DNA of 64,000 nt from assembly GCA_040219065.1 (NCBI GenBank), contig JAVJTD010000079.1:6254-70253 (forward strand). The letters run 5' to 3'. Made by a program: the position numbers and the translations under genes. Below are positions 40,778 to 50,657 of this stretch, one piece after another. Below the pieces are notes generated by a model. The model saw only the letters and a list, made by a program, of their open reading frames with translations. It did not search any database and was not told the DNA's origin. The first letter of the stretch is position 1, and the number at the start of each line of letters is the position of its first letter. Source of the DNA: Planctomycetota bacterium (lineage in GTDB: Bacteria; Planctomycetota; OFTM77).

Positions 40778-41632
40778 TTACTCCGGACCCTGAGACTCGA
40801 GCCAGGCTTGATATTCCTCGGGCGTGTGGACGTACACTCGCCCCTTCATCTTGTAGTGACCCCAGCCGCACAGCTCGGCGCAGACCAGGTCGTACTGATT
40901 CTTGGGGAGCCGTTCGAACTCGAGGTCGTCTTCGGGGCCGCCATCGAGCTTGGCGTCGAACCAGACCTTGATCGTCATGCCCGGCACGGCGTCTTGCTTG
41001 ATGCGGAACTGCGGCACGAAGAAGCTGTGGAGCACGTCCGCCGACTCCAGGTCGATCAGGAACGGGATCGGCTCCTGGCCTTCGTCGCCCTTGTAGCCCG
41101 GCATGTGCAGCTCGTTGACGGTCTGGATGTCGTCGACCGTGTCGTACTGCCCGTCGGGACCGGGGTAGGTGATCCGCCATTCGAACTGCCGGGCGGTGAC
41201 GCGCGCCATGGCCTGGACCAGACTGGGCTTCTCGCCGGCTTCGGTCTCAGCCTTCTCCTGCAGCGCGTCCGGGAACTTGCTCTGGAACTTGACCTCCTGC
41301 CACTCCTTCATCTGCACGAAGGCGATGAAGATGAGGATCAGGGAAGGAACGATCGTCCAAATCACCTCGAGCGCGTGGTTCCCGTGCACGTGCGCCGCCG
41401 CCTTGTTCTCACGCTTCGCCGAGTAGCGGAACATGAAGTAGACGAGGAAAGCGTTGACCAGGACGAAGGTCACGCCGGTGATCCACAGGATCAGGTTGTA
41501 CAGCTTGTCGATGCCCTCACCGAAGGACGACTTGTTCGTCGGCAAGGACCATTGGTAGTCCGGGGCGATCCAGAAAAGGTAGACCGCACCGACTGGTACC
41601 AAGAGAAACAAAAGGCTCCAGAGCTTTCGCAC
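40778..41632 (-). CDS. ctaC: Cytochrome c oxidase subunit II (CuA, no fused cytochrome c domain)
   Basis: Two N-terminal TM helices and CuA ligands DVLHSFFVPQF ... VCAELCGWGHYKM. No CxxCH. Confidence 0.9.
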   Translation of the reverse strand: MRKLWSLLFLLVPVGAVYLFWIAPDYQWSLPTNKSSFGEGIDKLYNLILWITGVTFVLVNAFLVYFMFRYSAKRENKAAAHVHGNHALEVIWTIVPSLILIFIAFVQMKEWQEVKFQSKFPDALQEKAETEAGEKPSLVQAMARVTARQFEWRITYPGPDGQYDTVDDIQTVNELHMPGYKGDEGQEPIPFLIDLESADVLHSFFVPQFRIKQDAVPGMTIKVWFDAKLDGGPEDDLEFERLPKNQYDLVCAELCGWGHYKMKGRVYVHTPEEYQAWLESQGPE

Positions 41633-41749
41633 GGGAACGTCTCCTCAAACTCCTCCTCGGTCTCCGGCGCACTCACTCCGGAGCGAGCGATGCCCTCGAG
41701 AAAGCACGTTTCTCGAAGGCATCTCGATTTCCAGCGTTTTCAGCTCGCC

Positions 41750-42988
41750 TCAGGGCGTGCTCTGCACGGCCAAGCTGCGGACGAAGCAGACCAGAGCCCA
41801 GACACTGTTGGCCCGATCCGCCTCGGCTCGGTCGGCAGGCACCTTGGCCGCGGCCTCGGCCCGCCAGGTTTCCAGCGCGGCCGCGTCGGTCGGCTTCTCG
41901 GTCTCGGCGAACTCGGCGAGGAGCTCGTCGGTGAGCGGAAGCGTCGCGCCGAAGCCCGGCATCGCACTTCCCTCGATCCCGACGGCGATGCGCCGCCATA
42001 GGTCTTCGGGGCGTCCACCGCCTCGGTACAAGCCCCGCGTCAGATCCGCGGGACGCGCGACGTTGAACCAGGAATCGGTGGGGATCGTCGTGCCGTCTCC
42101 GGTGCCGGTATCGCCGTGGCAGGACGCGCATTGGGCCGCTGCGGTCATGAACAGCGTCCGGCCCTTCTCGATGCACTCGGCGTCACCCAGGCTCGGCTCA
42201 TCGCCACCGACCTCGACGACGTCGTCCGGCGCTTCGGCCCACTGGCCGAGCACGATCTCGATCGCCTTGGTGACCGCGTCGTTCGTCAGCTCTTCCTCGT
42301 CGAGCCCGTCCCCGCCGTCGATCTCGCTCTTCAGCTCGGCGAGGTGCTCCTGGCGGAGCTTCTCGAGGTCGGCCTTCGCCGGATCCGCGGGCTCCTCGGG
42401 CTTCGAGAGCAGGTTGTTGAACAGGTAGTAACCGAGCTCTTGCTCCACTTGCCCGCGGATGCTGAGCAGGATCACGTAGTCGAGGACCGCATTGAGCTCG
42501 TCTTCATCCTCGAGCTTGAAGGATGGCATGGAGGTGCCGGCGACGCCGATCTGAAGCGTTCGCCAGAGGTCCTCGCGCAGAGGCTTCTTACCGTTCTCCG
42601 TCGAGGCGAACTTGAAGCGACCGGGGCGATAATCGCGGGGACGAGGGTTCAAGAACGGGGCCGTGGGGCCTTGCCCGTCGCCACTCATGCCATGGCAGTG
42701 CATACACAACCGGCGGTATCCCTCGGCACCCATGGCGAGGTGGTCAGGATCGAAGCTCACGCCCTCGATGTCGAGGTCGAAGTCCTGGGAATTCGGAGCG
42801 ATCGGATTGGCCGGCGTCCCGAAGTGTTGGGTCAGGATGCCATCGATCCGAACTTGATAAGGCCGCTCCGGCAGGAGCTTCGTCCGTTCCGACAGGGTGT
42901 ACTTCAGCTCGGGAGACGAGCCCCCGCATCCGGCGAGCGACAGCAAGCCCGCTGCACCCATGAGTCCGATGATCCACCGAGCGTTCAC
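41750..42988 (-). CDS. Di-haem c-type cytochrome, lipoprotein
   Basis: GTG at 42988 is preceded by GGAGGA. Lipobox LSLAGC. Two haem sites, CMHCHGMSGDG and CASCHGDTGTG. The upstream part of the 506-aa track ORF has no coding features. Confidence 0.8.
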   Translation of the reverse strand: MNARWIIGLMGAAGLLSLAGCGGSSPELKYTLSERTKLLPERPYQVRIDGILTQHFGTPANPIAPNSQDFDLDIEGVSFDPDHLAMGAEGYRRLCMHCHGMSGDGQGPTAPFLNPRPRDYRPGRFKFASTENGKKPLREDLWRTLQIGVAGTSMPSFKLEDEDELNAVLDYVILLSIRGQVEQELGYYLFNNLLSKPEEPADPAKADLEKLRQEHLAELKSEIDGGDGLDEEELTNDAVTKAIEIVLGQWAEAPDDVVEVGGDEPSLGDAECIEKGRTLFMTAAAQCASCHGDTGTGDGTTIPTDSWFNVARPADLTRGLYRGGGRPEDLWRRIAVGIEGSAMPGFGATLPLTDELLAEFAETEKPTDAAALETWRAEAAAKVPADRAEADRANSVWALVCFVRSLAVQSTP

Positions 42989-43205
42989 TCGTTGTCCTCC
43001 CGTTCGCGCGCAGTCCAATGTCGTGGCGCGGAAAACTCTCTCGCCGGTCAGCCCCGGCTGGACGACCCCTTCGGCGAGCCTGCTACCTTTTCGAGGAGAA
43101 GTGACTCTCCTCTTCCCGCCGATCCGGCCGCCGGAGGTCCGGTCGTGCGAGAACACAACGGAGCGGGCCCGTTCCAGGCCCGCTCCTCTCGTCTTCAAAC
43201 GTCGA

Positions 43206-43949
43206 TCACTTCTTCGGCTTGAACTCGAAGTCGATGCCCTTCGTCGTCTCGCCAGCCTTGACCACGACATCCTTGTGCTTGGTCTTCGACTTACCCAGCT
43301 CTTCGTGCCAGGCGACGATCTCGTACTCGCCCGGCGGCACGTCCTTGAGCTCGAACGATCCGTCTTCGGAGGTCAGAGAATACCACGGATGGTCGGCGAC
43401 CACGATCCAAGCCTTCATCCACTTGTGGACGTCGCAGGTGACCTGGACCGTCTCGGCGGCGTCGAACTTCTTGGTCAGGGTCTGGCTGGCCGGGATCCCT
43501 TGGTTGATCGGGGTGTTGCGGCGCGAATAAGTGTGGACGTTGTGGAGGACCGGGTCGGAGTTCTTCAGCTCGACGCTGGAGTCGACCGGAATCACCAGAA
43601 CACGGGTCGTGAACTCGCAGTTGACCTGGTCGAACTCGGCGGTCTTGCCCTCACCCTTCCAGTCATCCGGCGCATCGATCTTCTTGATCGAGATCACGAC
43701 GTTCTTGATGCCCTTGTTCTTGCCGACCAAGAGCGACTTGTCGGTCGCGTCGCGCTTGCCGCAGACTTCCATGTCCTTGTCGATCGTCAGCTTACCGGCC
43801 TCGGGCACCGCACCGTCGAACAGCGCCTTACCCGAGATCGTGCCGCCAGCGGCCTTCGCCGGAGTGTTCTCTTCGGCGGACAGTCCCGCGACCAGACCGA
43901 GGGACAGCGCGCCCCAAGTGGCAAAGCGAATGGCGTTCTTTGCAAACAT
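43206..43949 (-). CDS. Secreted cupredoxin (type-1 copper, amicyanin-like ligand spacing) with a C-terminal CarboxypepD_reg-like beta-sandwich
   Basis: Signal peptide. Candidate ligands are His in DPVLHNVHTY and C-x2-H-x2-M in TCDVHKWM. The tail SEDGSFELKDVPPGEYEIVAWHE is typical of carboxypeptidase-regulatory-like domains. Confidence 0.65.
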   Translation of the reverse strand: MFAKNAIRFATWGALSLGLVAGLSAEENTPAKAAGGTISGKALFDGAVPEAGKLTIDKDMEVCGKRDATDKSLLVGKNKGIKNVVISIKKIDAPDDWKGEGKTAEFDQVNCEFTTRVLVIPVDSSVELKNSDPVLHNVHTYSRRNTPINQGIPASQTLTKKFDAAETVQVTCDVHKWMKAWIVVADHPWYSLTSEDGSFELKDVPPGEYEIVAWHEELGKSKTKHKDVVVKAGETTKGIDFEFKPKK

Positions 43950-44119
43950 GCTTTCGTTTCTCCTCGAAATCGTCTTTCTCGTTCCGCGGCCCGCCTGAGG
44001 GGTCGATCCCCGAGATCGTCGTGTCGCTCTCGAGAGGCCTCTCGGCTCCCTCGGTCCGAACGGTCAGGCGTCCGGCCCGGCAGGAGCCAATGGCGTGCCC
44101 GGTTGTCGTTGCTCGAAAA

Positions 44120-47100
44120 TCAGCGTGGGTTGCTCGCTGCCCCGGGCGACTGCGCCCAGTTCATGAGCAAATCCTTGATGGCTTCGACCTGCACGCCCGA
44201 AGGCGCGCCGTAAGTCTCTTGATACCTCGCCTCGTCCGCCAGGAAGAGCTGGGGCATCTTGGTCCCCGGCTGGAACGCCTGCGGATTGAAGATCCAGGCG
44301 CGAATCCAGTCCGGCCTCAGTCGCTGATACGCCATCGAGAGGTCCGGTGCCCAGCTCGAGGGATCCCCCTCGGGCGTCTTCTCGCCTTGCATGTGGCAGT
44401 TGAAGCAGTTCACCTGCGGATCCTGCATCAGCGCCCAAGCCTTCTCGATGTACTCGGACGGCTCGCCCTGGGCGTGCGCCTGGAGGTAATCGTCCTGGGA
44501 CTCGGCGTTGTAGCTATACGGGTACCGGCGACGATCGCGGGCGCCGAAGTAGTTGGCGAGGATCGTCGCCTCCTCTTGAGTGAACTCGAAGGTCGGCATG
44601 CGCACCTCGAACCAGGGACGCAGCGGATACGGGCTCATCAGGAAGTCGAACAGCCAAGGCGTCTGGACCTTCTGGCCTTCCCGGAACAGCACCGGCGGCT
44701 TGTAGGGATCGATGGTCGGCTGGATGTCGTTGTAGTACTCGTCGATGTCGAACGGGTTGAGGTCCTCGTTCTGCGCGTAGGTCAGCTCGAGCGCGCGCCC
44801 GAGGCGGCCACCGAGGGCGAGGCTGGGATCGACGATCCGGACGATCCGATCCATCTTGACCTCGAGATCCTCGAAGGCGTCCTTCCCGGCGCCCGGCTTC
44901 ATCAGGCCGAAGTACACGATCCCTTCGTCGAGGTCGGTATCGGTGATTCGACCGAAGACCTGCTGGACATCGTTCTTCTCGTCGAGGAAGGTCAGCGCCG
45001 TGAAGAGCGAGACCGGTCCCGAGACCGAGGAGTCCTCGGTCAGCTCGAGTGTCCCACCGACCTGCTCTTGGACCTCGACGGCGGTCAGAGGCAAGTCCTC
45101 ACCGGCTTGGATGTTGAGCTGCGTCAGATGGGAGAACAGCTCGAAGCCGCTCGGCTCGCAGTACTCGCCGTAGAGCTGCTGTGCGGCGGCGGACTCGGTC
45201 TTCTCCTTCTGCGTGATCAGGACCTGGTCCGTCCAGAGCCGGAAGAACGTCGCCTCGTCGTCGATCGAGATCTCGGTCACCTGACCGATCCCGTGACGCG
45301 GGAGCACGTCGTCGTCGAGGTAGGTGATCTCGTGCATCTCGAACTGATGGCAGCCGTAGCAGTTCGAGTCATGGATGATCTGGTCGCCCTTGGCGATGAC
45401 TTCCGCGTCGCCTTGCAGGCGGTTCTGGATCGTCTCGGGGATCGGCTCTTTGCGATTGCCGAGGATGTAGGTGATCAGGGACTGGATCTGTTCGTCGGTG
45501 AGCTCGAAGTTCGGCATCCGTGAGGCGTCCTTGAACGCCTTGAGACGCCCGCGATCGAAGATGCGCGGATAGCGGATCTTCATCGACAGCCAGCTATGGA
45601 GCGTGTGATCGATGTGGTAGTGCTCCTCTTCGCCGGTGACCCGGTTCTTGCCCTCCACCTCGTGGAGCTCGAGACCGAAGTCGACCGTGTGGAGGTCCTT
45701 GGTGCCGTGCTCTGAGAGCTCGACGCCGATACCCTTGGCGTCCTCGTAGCCGTTGATCATGTGGCAGCCGGCGCAGCCGTAGCGCTCGACAAGCTTCTGG
45801 CCGAAGAGCTCGCGCTTCTGATCCAAGCTCATCGCGGCGACCTTCGCCTCGGCCGCCGACATCGGCAGGTTCTCGAGGTAGGTCTCGGTGAGCCGCTCGT
45901 CGAGGAACGCGGTGTATTGCTCGGAGCTGCGGTTGGGCTGGGCTCCGAATTCCGCGTCGCTCTCGAGCTCTTCGAGGACGTAGGTCGCGATGTCGAATGC
46001 CTCTTGATCGTCGAGGCGCAGGCTCGGCATCCGGCCACCCGGGTGGTAGGCCTTGGGGTTCTGGACCCAGTTGAAGAGCCAGGCGAGGTTCAGCTTCTCA
46101 CCGACTCTCGAGAGGTTCGGGCCGAAGTCGTTGGCCGGCGCGAACGGCAGCGAGTCGACGGCGTGACAGCCGAGGCATCCGCGGTTCTCGAAGAGGCGCT
46201 TGCCGTTCTCGGCATCGGCCTCGAGATCCGAGGGGACGGCCATCTCCATCGGCAGGGACTGCTTGAAGAGGAACGCCGTGATGGCGTCCGCCTCGACCTC
46301 GTTCCAGGCGTGCCGGAGCTCGTGGTCGGCGCGGGTGTCCATCTCGCCGCCGTTGTTGGCGAGACCGAAGAACTTGGGCATCTTCGTGGAGGGACGGAAC
46401 GCCTTGGGATCGAGCAGCCAGGAGTAAACCCAGTCGGGCTCGACCTTGGCCTCGAGGTGACGCAGGTCCGGGCCCACCTTGCGCGGATTTTCGAGGTCCT
46501 TGATCGCGTGGCAGCCGTGGCAGCCGTACTCGTAGAAGATCATGCGCCCGGCGTTGAGGCTGTAGTGATCCGTGGTCGTTGCGCCGTCGTCCTTCTGATT
46601 CCAGTCGGGGGAAGCGGCGGCGAGCTCGACGGTCATCGGGCCGGCTTCGGGCACCTCCCAGCTATCGCCGTGGCACTTGAGGCAGGAGGAGTAGATGTAC
46701 TGGTTCGGCACCATCGGCGTCTCCCAGTACTTGAACGCCTTGGGCGTCCAGCCGTACTTTTCCTCCCACTCGTGACGCTGCTCTTCGTCCTGCGGCATGT
46801 GGGCCGAGCCGTTGAAGGTCAGGTCCTGACCACGACCCTGGTGGCAGACGGTGCACCCGAACTCGTTGTAGGGGTGCGGCGAGCTGGCGGTGAGGTAGAG
46901 GTCGAGGCGCGGGTGGGAGCGGAAGGGTTGCTCCCACTCATCATTGACGTAGCCCGACGAATCGATCGCCATGTGACAGGTCTTGCACATGTCGATGCGC
47001 TCGGCGTAGGCGAAGTTGAGGTCGTCGCGCAGCTCGGGCGGCTTGACCCACTCGACCTTGGTGATCGGGTCGACGAAGTCGAGCATCGGCGTGCGATCGA

Positions 47101-47779
47101 GGAGGATATTCTTGAGGTTGGTGCTGGTCGTCTCGATCTTGCGGGCGAGGATGTCACGGCGCTCGTTGAGCTTGCGGAGCTCGTCGTCGTAGACGGTGTA
47201 CTGCTTCTCGAGCTCTCCGACCTCTTCCTTCAGGCGCGTCTCGTCCTGGCGGAGCGTGTTGTAGACGTTCAGGTAATCGAGGACCTTGGCCTCCTGCTTC
47301 AGGACGGCATCGTAAGGCTCACGCACGCTGGGCGGATACTCGGCGGGATCGATGTCCTCCTCGCCGCGCTCGTCGCGGTACTCGGCGAGGGCCTTTTCGT
47401 ACTCGTAGCGGAGCACGTCGACCTCGGCGCGAGCGAACTTCACGTCCTGATCGGCCTTGTACATCTTCTCCCGCTGGAGCAGATCGAGCTCGGTGCGCTT
47501 GCTCTCGAGGTCGCCCTGGACCTTCTCGAGCGCGGCTTCCTTGGCCTTCTGCGCTTGGACGACGGCGTCGTGATTGCGCTCGTCGATCTCTTGGATCTCG
47601 CGCTCGGCCTTGGTGCGGTCGAGGTCGAAGAACTCGCGTTGGTACTTCTTCCACTCACGATCGTAGTCGTCGATCACCATCCAGATGACCGAGGCGGTGA
47701 GGGCGACAGCCGAGAACAGGAAGACGACGTTCAGACGCTTGATATTGAACGCGTGATCCGTCTTGCGCTTGGTGGCCAA
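44120..47779 (-). CDS. 1219-aa membrane-anchored octahaem c-type cytochrome with an N-terminal coiled-coil stalk
   Basis: One N-terminal TM (LNVVFLFSAVALTASVIWMVI), followed by ~200 aa of heptad-rich charged sequence. Eight CxxCH motifs: CKTCH, CTVCH, CLKCH, CHGCH, CLGCH, CAGCH, CYGCH, CFNCH. Confidence 0.85.
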   Translation of the reverse strand: MATKRKTDHAFNIKRLNVVFLFSAVALTASVIWMVIDDYDREWKKYQREFFDLDRTKAEREIQEIDERNHDAVVQAQKAKEAALEKVQGDLESKRTELDLLQREKMYKADQDVKFARAEVDVLRYEYEKALAEYRDERGEEDIDPAEYPPSVREPYDAVLKQEAKVLDYLNVYNTLRQDETRLKEEVGELEKQYTVYDDELRKLNERRDILARKIETTSTNLKNILLDRTPMLDFVDPITKVEWVKPPELRDDLNFAYAERIDMCKTCHMAIDSSGYVNDEWEQPFRSHPRLDLYLTASSPHPYNEFGCTVCHQGRGQDLTFNGSAHMPQDEEQRHEWEEKYGWTPKAFKYWETPMVPNQYIYSSCLKCHGDSWEVPEAGPMTVELAAASPDWNQKDDGATTTDHYSLNAGRMIFYEYGCHGCHAIKDLENPRKVGPDLRHLEAKVEPDWVYSWLLDPKAFRPSTKMPKFFGLANNGGEMDTRADHELRHAWNEVEADAITAFLFKQSLPMEMAVPSDLEADAENGKRLFENRGCLGCHAVDSLPFAPANDFGPNLSRVGEKLNLAWLFNWVQNPKAYHPGGRMPSLRLDDQEAFDIATYVLEELESDAEFGAQPNRSSEQYTAFLDERLTETYLENLPMSAAEAKVAAMSLDQKRELFGQKLVERYGCAGCHMINGYEDAKGIGVELSEHGTKDLHTVDFGLELHEVEGKNRVTGEEEHYHIDHTLHSWLSMKIRYPRIFDRGRLKAFKDASRMPNFELTDEQIQSLITYILGNRKEPIPETIQNRLQGDAEVIAKGDQIIHDSNCYGCHQFEMHEITYLDDDVLPRHGIGQVTEISIDDEATFFRLWTDQVLITQKEKTESAAAQQLYGEYCEPSGFELFSHLTQLNIQAGEDLPLTAVEVQEQVGGTLELTEDSSVSGPVSLFTALTFLDEKNDVQQVFGRITDTDLDEGIVYFGLMKPGAGKDAFEDLEVKMDRIVRIVDPSLALGGRLGRALELTYAQNEDLNPFDIDEYYNDIQPTIDPYKPPVLFREGQKVQTPWLFDFLMSPYPLRPWFEVRMPTFEFTQEEATILANYFGARDRRRYPYSYNAESQDDYLQAHAQGEPSEYIEKAWALMQDPQVNCFNCHMQGEKTPEGDPSSWAPDLSMAYQRLRPDWIRAWIFNPQAFQPGTKMPQLFLADEARYQETYGAPSGVQVEAIKDLLMNWAQSPGAASNPR

Positions 47780-47854
47780 GGGAGCTTCTCCGTCGGAAGA
47801 CCGGTCGGGAGACGAGGGCCGCGCCGGCGGCCCGCCTCGAGTGTCAGCAGTGCG

Positions 47855-48934
47855 TCAGATGTTGAAGAAGTACTCGGGGAACGCGACGATGTACTTGAGG
47901 TTGAAGGCCCAGCGCAGCGCCATCTTGATCGGCAGCGAGGCCATCATCAGGAAGAGGAAGATCATGACGTTGAACCGGACGGGCCCCATCTCCGCGTAGA
48001 ACTTTCGGAAGACGGTCTTGGCCAGGATCGGCGGCAGCAGGAACAGGTAACCGGCCGTGAGGAGCAGGCCCGGCAGCTCGCGGATCAGCGGGTTCGTCGG
48101 CAGGCCGCCGCCTCCGATGATCACGTAGATGTACTCGGAGAGGTTGACGTTGACGAGCGCCTCGAGCTTGGCGACGTCCCAGGTCTCGAACAAGCCGAAG
48201 AAGTTCCAGTTCGGCCCGCGTAAGAACGTCCCGATGAAGATCAGCACCACCCACAGGATGAGGAACCCGAACAGGAAGATCGTGATCGCGAACTTCCGCT
48301 CGTTCCAGGTGTAGTAGCCGTTGCCCTTGGGGTTGATGTCGATGTAGGGCAGCGCCATCAGACCGACGATGATGAGCCCGGGCAGGAGCACGCCGGCGAT
48401 CCACGGGTCGTAGTACACCAGCATCTCTTGCAGCCCGAGGAAGTACCACGGCGCCTTGGAGGGGTTCGGCGTGCGGGTGGGGTTGGCCGGCTCTTCGAGC
48501 GGCGCATCGAGGAGCACCGACCACACGATCAAGGCGACCGTGCAGAGGATCAAGCAGAGGAACTCGGTGTAGACCAGGTCCGGCCACACGAAGACCTTCT
48601 GCTTCGTCTCGCGGCGCTCGAGGGTCTCTTCCCCTGCCTCCATGAGCTGGTCGTTCTTCACGGCGCGGCGCATGCCGAGCCAGGTGAAGAACCCGACCAG
48701 GACGACCATCATCACGATGGGGACGTTGTCCGCCTTCGAGATGATCTCCATGAAGTTGTCGTCGGTCGTGCTCACCGCGAAGAAGACGACCGACAGGGCG
48801 GCGATGGCCATCGCCACCCACGGCTTCGTGAAGAAGCGAATGAAGATCAGGCCCGCCGCGAACAGCACGACCGAAAAGATCAGCAAGATCTTCGGGTTCG
48901 TCAGTACGTTGACGAGTTCCTTGAAGGTTTCCAC
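47855..48934 (-). CDS. Cytochrome b C-terminal-domain protein (subunit-IV-like, extended to 359 aa)
   Basis: Multi-TM protein with the Qo-site block PNPSKAPWYFLGLQEMLVYY (counterpart of PEWY), plus extra TM helices at both ends. Confidence 0.8.
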   Translation of the reverse strand: METFKELVNVLTNPKILLIFSVVLFAAGLIFIRFFTKPWVAMAIAALSVVFFAVSTTDDNFMEIISKADNVPIVMMVVLVGFFTWLGMRRAVKNDQLMEAGEETLERRETKQKVFVWPDLVYTEFLCLILCTVALIVWSVLLDAPLEEPANPTRTPNPSKAPWYFLGLQEMLVYYDPWIAGVLLPGLIIVGLMALPYIDINPKGNGYYTWNERKFAITIFLFGFLILWVVLIFIGTFLRGPNWNFFGLFETWDVAKLEALVNVNLSEYIYVIIGGGGLPTNPLIRELPGLLLTAGYLFLLPPILAKTVFRKFYAEMGPVRFNVMIFLFLMMASLPIKMALRWAFNLKYIVAFPEYFFNI

Positions 48935-49040
48935 CGAACCGAATCTCCTCTTGGAGGGCTCTCTGCACCCCGTCCCGCCGCGCGGGTCGGAGTGCTCCGA
49001 CCCGCCGGGTCACCGTCCGCCGGCGCCAGCCGGCCGGGCC

Positions 49041-49823
49041 TCAAAGCGGGCCCGAGATCCCGCCGTCCTTGCGCACTCGCCAGAAGTGGATCGCCATCAG
49101 CACCGCGGCCGCCAAGGGGATCGCGATGCAGTGCAGCACGTAGAAGCGGAGCAAGGCGCCCGCCGCCACGAACCGCCCGCCCAACAGGGCGAAGCGCACG
49201 TCCGATCCGGGGTGCACGAGCTGGGTGTCTCCGATCGAGAGCAATGCCGCGCCCGGGCCTTCATTCCCCAGGAACGGGGTCGCACGCGCCATGTTCGTCC
49301 CCACCGTCACCGCCCACATCGCGAGCTGATCCCACGGCAGCAAGTAACCGGTGAAGGAGAGCAGCAGCGTGAGCACCAGCAAGATCACACCCACGTTCCA
49401 GTTGAACTCCCGCGGCGGCTTGTAAGAGCCCGTCAGGAAGACCCGGAACATGTGCAGCCACACCGTGATCACCATCGCGTGAGCGCCCCACCGGTGCAGC
49501 TCTCGCATGATCCCCAGAGGCACGTGCTCGCCGAGCGCCTTGATGTCCTCGAAGGCGAACTCGGCCGTCGGGCGGTAGTAGAACATCAGGAGGATCCCGG
49601 TCACCGCCTCGACCAGGAAGATGAAGAACGTCAGCCCACCCATACACCAGGTGTAGGAGAGCCGGACACCGCTCTTGCGAACCTTGGTCGGATGGAGGTG
49701 CAAGAAGACATTGCTCAGCACCACCAACACGCGGTTGCGATCGTCACTCGGCAACTTGTGCCGGAAGATCGAGCGCCAGACCTGATTCTCGGTCAGCACC
49801 CTCATCACTTTGCTGCGAGCCAC
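49041..49823 (-). CDS. Cytochrome b N-terminal-domain protein (b6-like, bis-haem)
   Basis: [64 protein letters not shown] and a second His pair ([30 protein letters not shown]). Confidence 0.9.
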   Translation of the reverse strand: MARSKVMRVLTENQVWRSIFRHKLPSDDRNRVLVVLSNVFLHLHPTKVRKSGVRLSYTWCMGGLTFFIFLVEAVTGILLMFYYRPTAEFAFEDIKALGEHVPLGIMRELHRWGAHAMVITVWLHMFRVFLTGSYKPPREFNWNVGVILLVLTLLLSFTGYLLPWDQLAMWAVTVGTNMARATPFLGNEGPGAALLSIGDTQLVHPGSDVRFALLGGRFVAAGALLRFYVLHCIAIPLAAAVLMAIHFWRVRKDGGISGPL

Positions 49824-49866
49824 CGGACTCCTCTCTTCCTATCCGCAGTCGTGCGCCTTCTGAGCC

Positions 49867-50493
49867 TCAGAGGCGCAGGAACGACGCCGGATCCTTCCAC
49901 TGACCCTTCTCTTCCTGGAACAGGCGGCTCTTGTCGACGAGCACCTGCCCGTCGTCGGCGAGCGAGATCGCGTAACGCTCCAGGGGACGAGGCGCCGGCC
50001 CCTCGAAGTTGATCCCCGAGATCCGGAAGCCGCTGCCGTGGCAGGGGCACTTGAACTTCTGCTCCGCCGCCAGCCAGTTCGGCGTGCAGCCCAGGTGGGT
50101 GCACACCGTCGAGAGCGCGTACATGCCCTCCTCGTTCCGAACGATCCACACGCCGTAGGCGGCCTTGTACCGTTCCTCCACGGCGCCGATCGTGTAGTCA
50201 GTGGGGAAGCCCACCCGGAATGAGGTCGGCGGCTCGTAACGGACGTTCGGGAAGAGGAACCGGGTCCCGGCCGTCAGCGCCGCACCCGAGGCGGCCACGA
50301 AGGCCAGCCACCCGAATCCCAGCGCAGAGAACAAGCCGCGACGCGTGATCCCCTCGTCCTCTTTCTGAGGAGCGGCCGCCGGCTTCTTCGCCGCTGCTTG
50401 ACGCACCGGCACCAGCTTCGGTCGCTTCACCGCGGTCGACTCCGTCGACTCCGGCGTCGACTCGCCAGCGGCTTCTTGCTTCTCGTCCGACAT
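49867..50493 (-). CDS. Rieske [2Fe-2S] subunit of the cytochrome bc-type complex, Tat-dependent
   Basis: CTHLGCTPNW...CPCHGSGF and twin-arginine ITRRGLFSALGFG. ATG at 50493 (MSDEKQEA) is preceded by GGGAG. The longer track start at 50631 would run over the promoter. Confidence 0.85.
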   Translation of the reverse strand: MSDEKQEAAGESTPESTESTAVKRPKLVPVRQAAAKKPAAAPQKEDEGITRRGLFSALGFGWLAFVAASGAALTAGTRFLFPNVRYEPPTSFRVGFPTDYTIGAVEERYKAAYGVWIVRNEEGMYALSTVCTHLGCTPNWLAAEQKFKCPCHGSGFRISGINFEGPAPRPLERYAISLADDGQVLVDKSRLFQEEKGQWKDPASFLRL

Positions 50494-50629
50494 CTTTCGC
50501 TCCCAAGATCCTTCGAGCAACGCACTCCCGGGCAACGGCGCTTCGAGAGGCTCTCGCCGCCTGCTTGGCGCGCTCCGAAGTGCTCCAACGGGCTCTCGAA
50601 ACAGGGCGGGCCCCCGGGAAAGAGGCACC

Positions 50630-50657
50630 ATTGTAGGGACTGCCCAAGGCGAGTCAA
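50630..50657 (-). promoter_or_regulatory. Sigma-70-like promoter of the respiratory cluster: TTGACT-N16-TACAAT
   Basis: Minus strand reads cccTTGACTcgccttgggcagtcccTACAATggtgcc, ~135 nt upstream of the Rieske ATG. Confidence 0.5.

Noticed and set aside
45761-48223. 820-aa plus-strand ORF
   Set aside because: Antisense to the octahaem cytochrome and the cytochrome b C-domain genes.
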